Shown: one piece after another, positions 30,014 to 38,773 of the stretch
How positions within the stretch are numbered: the stretch's first letter is position 1
How the letters are laid out: the number at the start of each line of letters is the position of its first letter
Assembly: GCA_965140445.1 (NCBI GenBank)
Contig: OZ223236.1
Location: 4,512,001-4,576,000 of the forward strand
Reading direction: 5' to 3'
Origin: Candidatus Ozemobacteraceae bacterium
Lineage (GTDB): Bacteria; Muiribacteriota; Ozemobacteria; Ozemobacterales; Ozemobacteraceae
Length of the DNA stretch: 64,000 nucleotides
The notes under the pieces: generated by a model
Seen by the model: only the letters and a program-made list of their open reading frames with translations
Told to the model about the DNA's origin: nothing
Database searches by the model: none
Program-made: the position numbers and the translations under genes

Positions 30014-30628
30014 ATGATTGAATCAATTAGCGGAAAAATTATAAGCAAACTTCCCCACAAGGTTGTAGTTGAGCAACAGGGAATAGCATTTGAAATAAAT
30101 GTTCCATTCTCAACAAGTGGAAAACTTCCACCAGCTGGAGAAAACGGAAAAGTTCTTTGTCACCTTCATTGGCGAGAAGAAGGACCTCAACTTTTTGGAT
30201 TTGCAACAGAAGCAGAACGACAGCTTTTCAGACTGCTTACAAAAGTTAACAAGGTAGGACCCAAACTTGCAATAAACGTCATGTCTTCAACCAACCCAGA
30301 CGCTTTGGCAATGATGATTCTATCTGAAGACCTGAGGTCTCTGACCTCTCTAAAAGGTGTTGGACCAAAGTTGGCTTCAAGATTAGTTGTTGAATTAAAA
30401 GAACCAATCATGAAGCTCGGACTTGTTTCCACAGAAGCAATGGCCGACAACTCTCTGAGCGTTAAAACGAGTATTCCGTTTGAATCAGAAATAAAAGAGG
30501 CCCTTGAAACACTTGGCTACACTTCAAAAGAAATTGCAAGAAGCTTAAAAGCAGTTGTTTCTGATGTTTCAGCCGATTCAACAATAGAAGAGATCATGGA
30601 AGCAGTTTTAAGATCATTTTCTAACTAA
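30014..30628 (+). CDS. ruvA: Holliday junction branch migration protein RuvA
   Basis: RE....LFGF, VGPKLA, GVGPKLASRLVVELK and AL..LGY. Confidence 0.95.
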   Translation: MIESISGKIISKLPHKVVVEQQGIAFEINVPFSTSGKLPPAGENGKVLCHLHWREEGPQLFGFATEAERQLFRLLTKVNKVGPKLAINVMSSTNPDALAMMILSEDLRSLTSLKGVGPKLASRLVVELKEPIMKLGLVSTEAMADNSLSVKTSIPFESEIKEALETLGYTSKEIARSLKAVVSDVSADSTIEEIMEAVLRSFSN

Positions 30629-30634
30629 GATTTA

Positions 30635-31723
30635 ATGAGTAAAGATAAAAAAAGCGAAATAGAAAAATCAATTCAAAAAGCTCTTGATGGAGTTTCAATT
30701 CTCTCACCTCATTCACTTCCAGAAGAGAATGAAATAATCCCACCAAGTCTTCGCCCCAAGAAATTTAGCGAATTCATTGGGCAAAAAGCTATTGTTGAAA
30801 AGTTAAAGGTTTTTATCTCAGCAGCCAGAGAAAGAGGAGAGCCACTTGATCACACGCTGCTCCTAGGCCCTCCCGGTCTTGGTAAAACTACCCTTGCCAA
30901 CGTAATCGCATCGGAAATGGGAGTTCAAATAAAAATAACTTCCGGCCCAGTTTTAAACAGAGCTGGAGACGTTGCAGCATTATTAACCGGATTAAAAGCC
31001 GGAGATGTATTATTTATTGATGAAATTCACCGGTTAAGTAAAAATGTTGAAGAAGTGCTTTATCCTGCAATGGAGGATTACTTCTTCGATGTACTAATTG
31101 GAAAAGGTCCCACAGCGCGAAGTATAAGAATGAAAGTTCAACCATTTACCCTAATTGGTGCAACTACTCGCGAAGGAGACATCTCTGCTCCACTGAGAAC
31201 TAGATTTGGAGTTGTTTCAAGAATCGATTACTACAAAATTAGTGAATTAAAAAAACTCATTCAATCAGTCTCAGATCGTCTCCAATATCCAGTGGAAGAG
31301 GATGCCGCAGATGAAATTTCCAGAAGAGCGCGCGGCACACCACGTGTAGCAATACGCCTCTTTAAAAGAATGAGAGACGTTGCACAGGTAAATCGACACC
31401 CTACTGTTGATGTTGAAGTTGTTAATAAAGGCATGCAAATGCTTCAGGTAGACCGAATGGGTCTGGATTACATCGACAGGAAAATCCTTGAAATTCTGTT
31501 AAATAGATTTGACGGAGGTCCAGTAAGCCTGGACACACTTTCTGTTTCAGTAGGCGAAGAAGCAGACACCATATATGACGTATATGAAAGTTTCCTTATC
31601 CAGATAGGCTTTTTAACTCGCACCAGCAGAGGACGAGTAGCCACAAAAGCGGCATATGAGTATTTAGGAATAAAACCTCCCGAACCTATTGCCCCTGACA
31701 CCAAACAACTGGACCTTTTTTAA
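30635..31723 (+). CDS. ruvB: Holliday junction helicase RuvB
   Basis: SLRP..F.EFIGQ, GPPGLGKTTLA, FIDEIHRL, GATTR and RGTPR. Confidence 0.98.
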   Translation: MSKDKKSEIEKSIQKALDGVSILSPHSLPEENEIIPPSLRPKKFSEFIGQKAIVEKLKVFISAARERGEPLDHTLLLGPPGLGKTTLANVIASEMGVQIKITSGPVLNRAGDVAALLTGLKAGDVLFIDEIHRLSKNVEEVLYPAMEDYFFDVLIGKGPTARSIRMKVQPFTLIGATTREGDISAPLRTRFGVVSRIDYYKISELKKLIQSVSDRLQYPVEEDAADEISRRARGTPRVAIRLFKRMRDVAQVNRHPTVDVEVVNKGMQMLQVDRMGLDYIDRKILEILLNRFDGGPVSLDTLSVSVGEEADTIYDVYESFLIQIGFLTRTSRGRVATKAAYEYLGIKPPEPIAPDTKQLDLF

Positions 31724-31798
31724 GCAACGCCTTCAGTTGAATTTTATCGTTGGAAGCGGTAGACTTTCAAAAATAAAATCAATCTGGGCGGTACATTT

Positions 31799-32923
31799 AT
31801 GACAAGCAAACCAATTGTTTATACAGTAAACCTTAGGGCATCCAAGCCTCAAGATAGCCAACCTGCAAAGATGGAAAGGCTGGCAAAAGCCATTGGAATG
31901 GACAAATTCCCATGGAAAAACAAATTGGTTGCAATAAAAACTCATTTTGGTGAACGCGGAAACGCTGCTTTCCCAAGGCCAATTTTGATTCGCCCCATTG
32001 TAGATTTAATTAAATCCTTCGAGGGAAAACCATTTCTAGCCGAAACGACCACTCTCTACACAGGAAGTCGTAGCAACGCTATTGATCACACAGAAACAGC
32101 TATCAGACATGGATTTGGTTCTGAAGTTACAGGAGCACCAATCTTCATGTGCGATGGACTTACCGGAAGGCAAGCTCATGAGGTAAAAATTGATGGCAAA
32201 CACTACGAAAAGGTCTCAGTAGCAGCCGGCATTCATGAAGCCGATTCACTAGTTGTCATCTCCCATTTTAAAGGTCACGAGCTTACCAGCTTTGGCGGAG
32301 CTCTAAAAAATCTTGGAATGGGCTGTTGTTCAAGGTCAGCCAAGCTCCTCATGCATACCACGGTTAGACCGACGGTTCTGAATGCAAAATGTGTGAAGTG
32401 CAAAACCTGTTTTGAATGGTGCCCTGCTAATGCAATCAGCCAACCAAAGCCAGATGGACCAATAGTAATTAATCCAAATCTTTGTCGAGGTTGCGGGGAA
32501 TGCCTTGTTTCGTGCAGAGTTGGAGCAATCCGTATTAATTGGAGTTCAGAGGCATCTGGCGTCACAGAAAGAATGATTGAACATGCCAAGGGAGTTCTAG
32601 AACCAAAAAAAAACTCTGTTTTCTTTATAAATATTCTGCAAAACATTGTACCCCTTTGTGATTGCATGAGCTTTTCAGACGCTCCAATAGTTCCAGATAT
32701 CGGTTTTGCAGCCTCAACCGACCCGGTAGCCCTTGATGCCTGCTGCCTGAGCATGGTCAATGAGCAGATAGGTTTATCCAACTCGGCTTTAAAGGATGGT
32801 AAACAGCCTGGAGATCCAAAATTTTGCTCCATCCACCCTGAATTACAAACCAACCTTCAGCTTGAATACGCCATGAGCTTAAAAATGGGGTCCAGCGATT
32901 ATGAAAGGATTAGCCTTGACTAG
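31799..32923 (+). CDS. DUF362-domain Fe-S protein with two 4Fe-4S ferredoxin motifs
   Basis: KTHFGE.GN, SHFKGH, GGALKNLGMGC, two CxxCxxCxxxC motifs and DPVALD. Confidence 0.85.
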   Translation: MTSKPIVYTVNLRASKPQDSQPAKMERLAKAIGMDKFPWKNKLVAIKTHFGERGNAAFPRPILIRPIVDLIKSFEGKPFLAETTTLYTGSRSNAIDHTETAIRHGFGSEVTGAPIFMCDGLTGRQAHEVKIDGKHYEKVSVAAGIHEADSLVVISHFKGHELTSFGGALKNLGMGCCSRSAKLLMHTTVRPTVLNAKCVKCKTCFEWCPANAISQPKPDGPIVINPNLCRGCGECLVSCRVGAIRINWSSEASGVTERMIEHAKGVLEPKKNSVFFINILQNIVPLCDCMSFSDAPIVPDIGFAASTDPVALDACCLSMVNEQIGLSNSALKDGKQPGDPKFCSIHPELQTNLQLEYAMSLKMGSSDYERISLD

Positions 32924-35525
32924 CCAAACTAAGCATGAAAAAAGCGAGCCAGCTCTCACTCCTCTCATGCAGCAATACAAAGATATCAAGCAGGAGAACC
33001 CCAACGCTGTTCTTCTCTTCCGATGCGGAGATTTTTACGAGACCTTCTTTGAAGACGCTGTTTTAGTTGCAAAAGAATTACAAATCACTCTTACTGCCAG
33101 AGGGAAAGCCAGTGGGAACCCGGTTCCTCTAGCTGGAGTTCCATATCACGCAATTGATGGTTACATCGCAAAACTGGTTCAAAAAGGTTTTACCGTCGCC
33201 ATCTGCGAACAAGTAGAAGACCCTAAAAAGGCAAAAGGTCTCGTGAAGCGCGAAGTGGTAAGAATAATCACCCCTGGAACGATCATCGACCCTCAAATGC
33301 TTGAAGAGTCTTCCAATAATTATCTGGCCGCTTTCGGAAAAAAAAGCGATAGTTTCTGCCTTGCGAGTGTTGAGTTGAGCACAGGTGATGTTCAAATATG
33401 CGAAGGAGATTTAGCAGAATTTGATTTGCTTCCAGAAGAATTCACCCGCTTGCAACCTCGCGAAATACTTGTATTAAAAGGCAGTCATGAGCACATGGAT
33501 TTTACCCCATGGGAACACATTGGCTCCGAAATTCATGAAAAAAAGATCAGCGACTCAGATTCTATAGATTTTCTTTCAACAATTTATACAAGTGAACATA
33601 AATCCAGATTCTCAGGCTTATCTAACCTGACCAGAAATACGTTGGGCATACTTGCAGACCACCTATTAGATACCCAGAGATGCTCCCTGTCGCATTTAAA
33701 GCTTCCAAAAAGCTATAAGCTCGGCGATGGAATGGTATTAGACGAAGCCACCCTTGGAAATCTGGAACTTATGCCTGGCAACAAAAGTCAGAACATTGGC
33801 GGAACACTTTTCGATGTAGTAAACAGAACCAAAACCAGTATGGGAGCAAGGCTATTAAAAAAATGGCTCCTTAAACCCTTAATACAAAAAGAACCAATCC
33901 TCTACCGGCAAAATCTGGTAAAAACCTTTCATTCTGACGCTCTGCTAATGGCTGAAATTCGTGAAGCTTTAAAAGGATTACCTGATCTGGAAAGAGTTCT
34001 TACCAAAATTGCCATGGGCAGCCGAAATCCACGAGATCTCGTCTCACTGGCGGAGGGACTTTCCAGAATCCCAGATTTAAAACATTCAATTTCGGTAGAA
34101 GGATTGAAAGACCTTTCTGAAAGGCTTTTCCCTCTTCCAGAGCTTGAATCAAAGCTAAACTCCACTTTAAAGGATGATCCTCCAGCAGTGTGGACTGACG
34201 GTAAATTTATTGCCGATGGAATCGATGCGGATTTAGATGAATTACGTGGTTTATTAAGAGATGGAGACAGCTGGTTAAAAAAATTCGAAGAAACCGAAAA
34301 AGAGAAAACTGGAATAAAAAATCTGAGAGTAAAAAAGAATAGTGTTTTCGGCTATTTCATTGAGATATCCAAAAGCTATGCCGATTCTGCTCCAGACCAT
34401 TATGTGAGAAAACAAACTCTCACTAACGGTGAAAGATACATTACAGCTGAGTTAAAAGACTACGAAACCAAGGTTTTTACTGCAAATGAAAAATCTGTGG
34501 CGATAGAGAAACGTATTTTTGACGAACTGGTCGAAATGATCAGAGAAAACATTTCGCCAATTCAGCAGATAGCAGCAGTAATTGCAGAAATTGATGTTCT
34601 GGTATCAATGGGTTATCTTGCGCAGGAAAGAAATTATTGCTGCCCAACAATTGATGAAGAACCAAGAATAGAGATTTCCAATGGCCGGCATCCCGTAGTT
34701 GAAGCTTTTATAGAAAATGGCAGCTTCCACCCGAACAATTTGAATTTGAACCAAGTAGATAGGCAAGCGATAATAACCGGACCAAACATGGCCGGTAAAT
34801 CTACTTATCTCCGGCAAGCTGCTTTAATAGTTTTACTGGCCCAAGTTGGTTCTTTTGTTCCGGCGGATAAAGCAGAAATCGGAATCGTGGACAGAATTTT
34901 TACACGGGTTGGAGCCTCAGATAATCTGATTAGAGGACAATCTACTTTCATGGTAGAAATGATGGAAGCTTCATCAATTTTAAAAAACGCAACAGACAGA
35001 AGTCTTTTAATTCTCGATGAAATAGGACGAGGGACTTCAACTTTTGATGGACTATCCCTTGCATGGTCGATTCTGGAGCATATAAACAAAAAGCTAAATG
35101 CCAGAACCCTTTTTGCGACACATTATCATGAACTTACAGATTTGGATTCTGTTCACAAAGGTCTTTTCAATCTTAATGTCGGAGTTAGCTATAATCCAGA
35201 ATCAGGAAAAATGGTATTTCTTCATGAAATTAAAAAAGGCCCTTCAAATAAGTCTTATGGGATAGAAGTTGCCAGGCTTGCAGGAATTCCGGGAGAAGTT
35301 ATCGACCGGGCGAAAGAAATACTGTTTGAGCTTGAGAAAACAGAGCAGGAGGAACTAGGTCGAGTAACCAGGTCAACTCAGCCAATGGAGCAACCAAAAC
35401 AACTTTCTCTTTTCGTCCCTACAAATGAAGCTCTTGATGCTTTAAGGAAAGTAGATATTTCAAACACCACCCCGATTGAAGCCCTGAACATACTTTACAG
35501 ATTAAAGGAAATGGCAAATGACTGA
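32901..35525 (+). CDS. mutS: DNA mismatch repair protein MutS
   Basis: TPLMQQY, GDFYE, ITGPNMAGKST, STFMVEM, DEIGRGTST, FATHYHEL and SYGIEVA. Confidence 0.98.
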   Translation: MKGLALTSQTKHEKSEPALTPLMQQYKDIKQENPNAVLLFRCGDFYETFFEDAVLVAKELQITLTARGKASGNPVPLAGVPYHAIDGYIAKLVQKGFTVAICEQVEDPKKAKGLVKREVVRIITPGTIIDPQMLEESSNNYLAAFGKKSDSFCLASVELSTGDVQICEGDLAEFDLLPEEFTRLQPREILVLKGSHEHMDFTPWEHIGSEIHEKKISDSDSIDFLSTIYTSEHKSRFSGLSNLTRNTLGILADHLLDTQRCSLSHLKLPKSYKLGDGMVLDEATLGNLELMPGNKSQNIGGTLFDVVNRTKTSMGARLLKKWLLKPLIQKEPILYRQNLVKTFHSDALLMAEIREALKGLPDLERVLTKIAMGSRNPRDLVSLAEGLSRIPDLKHSISVEGLKDLSERLFPLPELESKLNSTLKDDPPAVWTDGKFIADGIDADLDELRGLLRDGDSWLKKFEETEKEKTGIKNLRVKKNSVFGYFIEISKSYADSAPDHYVRKQTLTNGERYITAELKDYETKVFTANEKSVAIEKRIFDELVEMIRENISPIQQIAAVIAEIDVLVSMGYLAQERNYCCPTIDEEPRIEISNGRHPVVEAFIENGSFHPNNLNLNQVDRQAIITGPNMAGKSTYLRQAALIVLLAQVGSFVPADKAEIGIVDRIFTRVGASDNLIRGQSTFMVEMMEASSILKNATDRSLLILDEIGRGTSTFDGLSLAWSILEHINKKLNARTLFATHYHELTDLDSVHKGLFNLNVGVSYNPESGKMVFLHEIKKGPSNKSYGIEVARLAGIPGEVIDRAKEILFELEKTEQEELGRVTRSTQPMEQPKQLSLFVPTNEALDALRKVDISNTTPIEALNILYRLKEMAND

Positions 35526-37551
35526 TGATTTTTGGGGACCAATTTACGAGAAGCTAATTGATAACCAAGATTTGCTTCCTCTGGTATGTGAAGACACTTC
35601 TGAAAATGATCTATTTTCGTGGATTTCACCAAATCCCCTTCTTTATAAAGCATGTAAGCCCTTTATTAAAGGGAAAAAGCTAAAATCAAAATCGAGCTGC
35701 ATCCAAAGGGTCATCGACTTTGCAAAAAGAGAAAGAGCTCTTCGAAAAATTATCCTTTTCAACTGGATAGATAAAAACCAAACAACTCTTAAATTTGCAA
35801 CCCACCCCATTGATTCCAAGGCAATTGAAAGACTAGCCTCTGGTGACTTTGGTGGTATTTTAAAAATAAAAATTCTTTCTTTTTTCGACCCAAGACCAGC
35901 ATCAAAAAAACTTTATGATGATTTTTTGATGCAAGAGGAGAATCTGGACTCTAACCCGCAATTATTTCCTGAGTCTTCACATCTACCTCCCCCGCTGCCT
36001 CAGGAAGCCTTAAAACAAGACAACACAAAAGTATTGTCTGATCGCATTAAGGAACTTCAGGAAAACCTGAAAGAACAGATTGTTTTAAGAAAAAATTCAG
36101 AAAAAGAAAATGAAAACCTGATAAAAGAAGTAGAAATTCTGAATAAAAATCTCCGAGAAACTCAGTCTGCATTAAAAGCTTCAGAAGATCTTTTCCAGAA
36201 TCAGAAAAGAAAATTTGATTCACTTTCAGCTCAGTTGGAACATAGAACAAAAGAGGTTTCGGATCTTCAATTTCAACTTTTAGCAAAAAAAGATTCGACC
36301 ATGGAAAAATCTGATTTTCAAAACCAATTGGATTCTCTAAACAGAGAGATTTCTGCTCAGAAGAAAGCAATTGAAATACGCGATTCAAAATTGAAAAGGC
36401 TAGAATTGGAGCTTAATCAGGAAAAGCAATTTCAACAAGAATCCGATAAAGAAAGTGGACTGGTTGAAAGACTAAAGAACCGCATCTCAAATCTGGAAGA
36501 GCTCAACCAGAATAAGGCTCAAAAAATCTCTGGGCAAATTCAGTTGAGAATTACACAAAAAGACGGTTCAAAACCCTGGCTATTTACATCTTTTTCTGGA
36601 AAGCCCTATTTCATTCCCGATAAATTGGTAAAATCAGCAAAGGTTTCAGAGCAAGAGTTCTGTACTATTCACATAAATGAAAATAACATTTTCCCAAATC
36701 TTATTGTTTCCCTGGAAGACAAAAAAGATTTTAAAACAGGCTACTTAAGCTATGATAATGGTAATAAAAATCGTCCACTATTGGTAACCGAAGAGAATTC
36801 TTATCCCATTTTTTCATCTGTTTCAGACAAAAAAGAAGGTGATGTTTTAAAAGGCACAATACTACCGGATTTTATGGAGCGACCGTTTGGAGTTTACTCT
36901 ACTGAATCAATAGAAATCCTTGATAACAAAACTTTGCCTCGTTTTCAGGTCAGCCTGAAAGAAATTAAAAATTATTTTGGCCTATACAAATTTGACAAAC
37001 AATCTTTTGAAAAAGCTTTATTTGACATAGGAGTTGATTTTAGCTTTAACAACGATGTTTATAATTTCCAAAAAGATTTTAAAATAGTTCTACCCGCTCT
37101 TCGTTCTTCGCTTAGTATTTTAAAAGTCTGTAAATCAGAATCCTGTCAGGCTGCTGCTCCAGAAAGCACCTGCCTCGCTCTGCCTAACAAGCGTGAATTA
37201 TGCATTGTCTGCAACTCTTTGGTCACTGAAAGCGAACCCCAAAACCTGAATTTTAATCATAAATCAGTATTGATCTTCGGAGGAGACCGAGTCGGAACTC
37301 AATACAAAACTTTTCTAGAACAATTTAACCTGAATATTAAATGGAAAAGTGGGTTTTCAAATCTAGGTGCTGAAAAATCTGGCCTGGGAAAACCAGACGT
37401 GATTTTAATAGTTATAAAACAAATTTCCCACACCCTGCTTCGCGAAATTGTACCATTAGCAAACGACCACAACATTCCAGTTATTTTTTCTCCAAAACGC
37501 GGTCTAAGCGGCGTTTTAAACACTTTAAAAGATTACTTTTTAACAAAATAA
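35518..37551 (+). CDS. Coiled-coil protein with C-terminal DUF2325-like domain
   Basis: Central heptad-rich segment, a Cys cluster, and C-terminal VLIFGG...DVILIVIKQISH...IPVIF..RGLS. Confidence 0.65.
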   Translation: MTDDFWGPIYEKLIDNQDLLPLVCEDTSENDLFSWISPNPLLYKACKPFIKGKKLKSKSSCIQRVIDFAKRERALRKIILFNWIDKNQTTLKFATHPIDSKAIERLASGDFGGILKIKILSFFDPRPASKKLYDDFLMQEENLDSNPQLFPESSHLPPPLPQEALKQDNTKVLSDRIKELQENLKEQIVLRKNSEKENENLIKEVEILNKNLRETQSALKASEDLFQNQKRKFDSLSAQLEHRTKEVSDLQFQLLAKKDSTMEKSDFQNQLDSLNREISAQKKAIEIRDSKLKRLELELNQEKQFQQESDKESGLVERLKNRISNLEELNQNKAQKISGQIQLRITQKDGSKPWLFTSFSGKPYFIPDKLVKSAKVSEQEFCTIHINENNIFPNLIVSLEDKKDFKTGYLSYDNGNKNRPLLVTEENSYPIFSSVSDKKEGDVLKGTILPDFMERPFGVYSTESIEILDNKTLPRFQVSLKEIKNYFGLYKFDKQSFEKALFDIGVDFSFNNDVYNFQKDFKIVLPALRSSLSILKVCKSESCQAAAPESTCLALPNKRELCIVCNSLVTESEPQNLNFNHKSVLIFGGDRVGTQYKTFLEQFNLNIKWKSGFSNLGAEKSGLGKPDVILIVIKQISHTLLREIVPLANDHNIPVIFSPKRGLSGVLNTLKDYFLTK

Positions 37552-37572
37552 CTTTTAATATTAAATATTTTT

Positions 37573-37581
37573 TGTTATACT
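37573..37581 (+). promoter_or_regulatory. Possible extended -10 element upstream of the sigma factor leader
   Basis: TG-T-TATACT just after the DUF2325 stop. Confidence 0.35.
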
Positions 37582-37827
37582 AAATCTAGAGAAAGAAAAA
37601 AAGCACGTTACTTATTTTCTATCATCGTTGGTTAGGGCATTACCCGAGATAAAGTATCGTTAGATTCTCCAGCTAAAATCGGAGCTAAAACATTTTTCCA
37701 AATTTTCCATTAAACAAATGGGAACTTGTTCCGATTAACCATTCAAGTTGCCGTACAACGTGCGGTTCAGGACGAACCTTCCTTTGTACCAAGTATAAAG
37801 CCGCGACTGAAGAAACGGAGATTCAAT

Positions 37828-38694
37828 ATGGCAAGTGTTTATAACAATAATAATAATCAAGAGAATGATAATACCCTACTGAAGGACTACTTCAGAGATC
37901 TTAAACGATTCCCTCCCCTCGGAAAAGAAGAGGAAATCAAACTGCTAATTCAAGTCAAGGCCGGGAATACCAGGGCAAAAGCCAGGCTAATCCTTTCTAA
38001 CCTTAGATTTGTAGTTGCTGTTGCCAAGCGTTACAAAAATATTAATGATATTCCATTTGAGGACCTTATCGCCGTCGGAAACCTGGGATTAATGCGTGCA
38101 GCGCAAAGGTTTGATACCGACAAAAATGTGAGATTCATTTCATATGCAGTGTGGTGGATTAGACAAGCCATGATACAAGTTGTATCAAGTCATGGTAATC
38201 CCATTAGACTTCCACTTAATAGAGTTCATACCGGATTAAAGATCAGGAAGCTTGAAGAGACTTTGCAAAAAAGGCTTAATCGCAAGCCAAGTATTGAAGA
38301 GCTTGCTGAAGCAGCTGTCATGCGTCCAAAGGATCTGCGAAAATTCTTAAGAGATATTCCTACCGTTGTATCTATGGATACTACTCCAGTTGATCCAGAA
38401 GAAGATCTGTTCTTGAGGGACGTTATCACTGACAACGAAGCTGATCCTCTTGTGGAAGCCGAAAAGCGCTCGCTTGAAGAAGAGCTAAATCAAGTTCTTT
38501 CATATCTATCAGATAGAGAAAGAATTGTTTTGATGCATAGGTTTGGCTTGCATGAAACCAAATCGCATACTTTGGAAGAGATTGGGAAGTTACTTGGCGT
38601 TACCCGCGAGAGAGTTCGTCAGATTGAATCTCAGGCTCTTCAAAAGCTTAGAAACCCAAGAAGATGTGAAAGACTTCAAGGCTATCTATCCTAA
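37828..38694 (+). CDS. RpoD/RpoS-like sigma70 factor lacking region 1.1 (288 aa)
   Basis: NLRFVVAVAKRY, GNLGLMRAAQRFD, SYAVWWIRQA, IRLP and TLEEIG..LGVTRERVRQIE. The start is ATG 37828 with a GGAG RBS. Confidence 0.92.
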   Translation: MASVYNNNNNQENDNTLLKDYFRDLKRFPPLGKEEEIKLLIQVKAGNTRAKARLILSNLRFVVAVAKRYKNINDIPFEDLIAVGNLGLMRAAQRFDTDKNVRFISYAVWWIRQAMIQVVSSHGNPIRLPLNRVHTGLKIRKLEETLQKRLNRKPSIEELAEAAVMRPKDLRKFLRDIPTVVSMDTTPVDPEEDLFLRDVITDNEADPLVEAEKRSLEEELNQVLSYLSDRERIVLMHRFGLHETKSHTLEEIGKLLGVTRERVRQIESQALQKLRNPRRCERLQGYLS

Positions 38695-38705
38695 AATAAT
38701 AGAAT

Positions 38706-38746
38706 AAAAAAGCTCCGCAGAAACAAAATTTCTGCGGAGCTTTTTT
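38706..38746. terminator. Bidirectional intrinsic terminator
   Basis: AAAAAAGCTCCGCAGAAA / TTTCTGCGGAGCTTTTTT. Confidence 0.9.
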
Positions 38747-38773
38747 ATATTATCGAGAAAGAACTAGGAGGTT

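Noticed and set aside
37726..37827. N-terminal extension of the sigma factor from TTG 37726
   Set aside because: There is no RBS at the TTG, whereas ATG 37828 has GGAG, and the extension does not resemble region 1.1.
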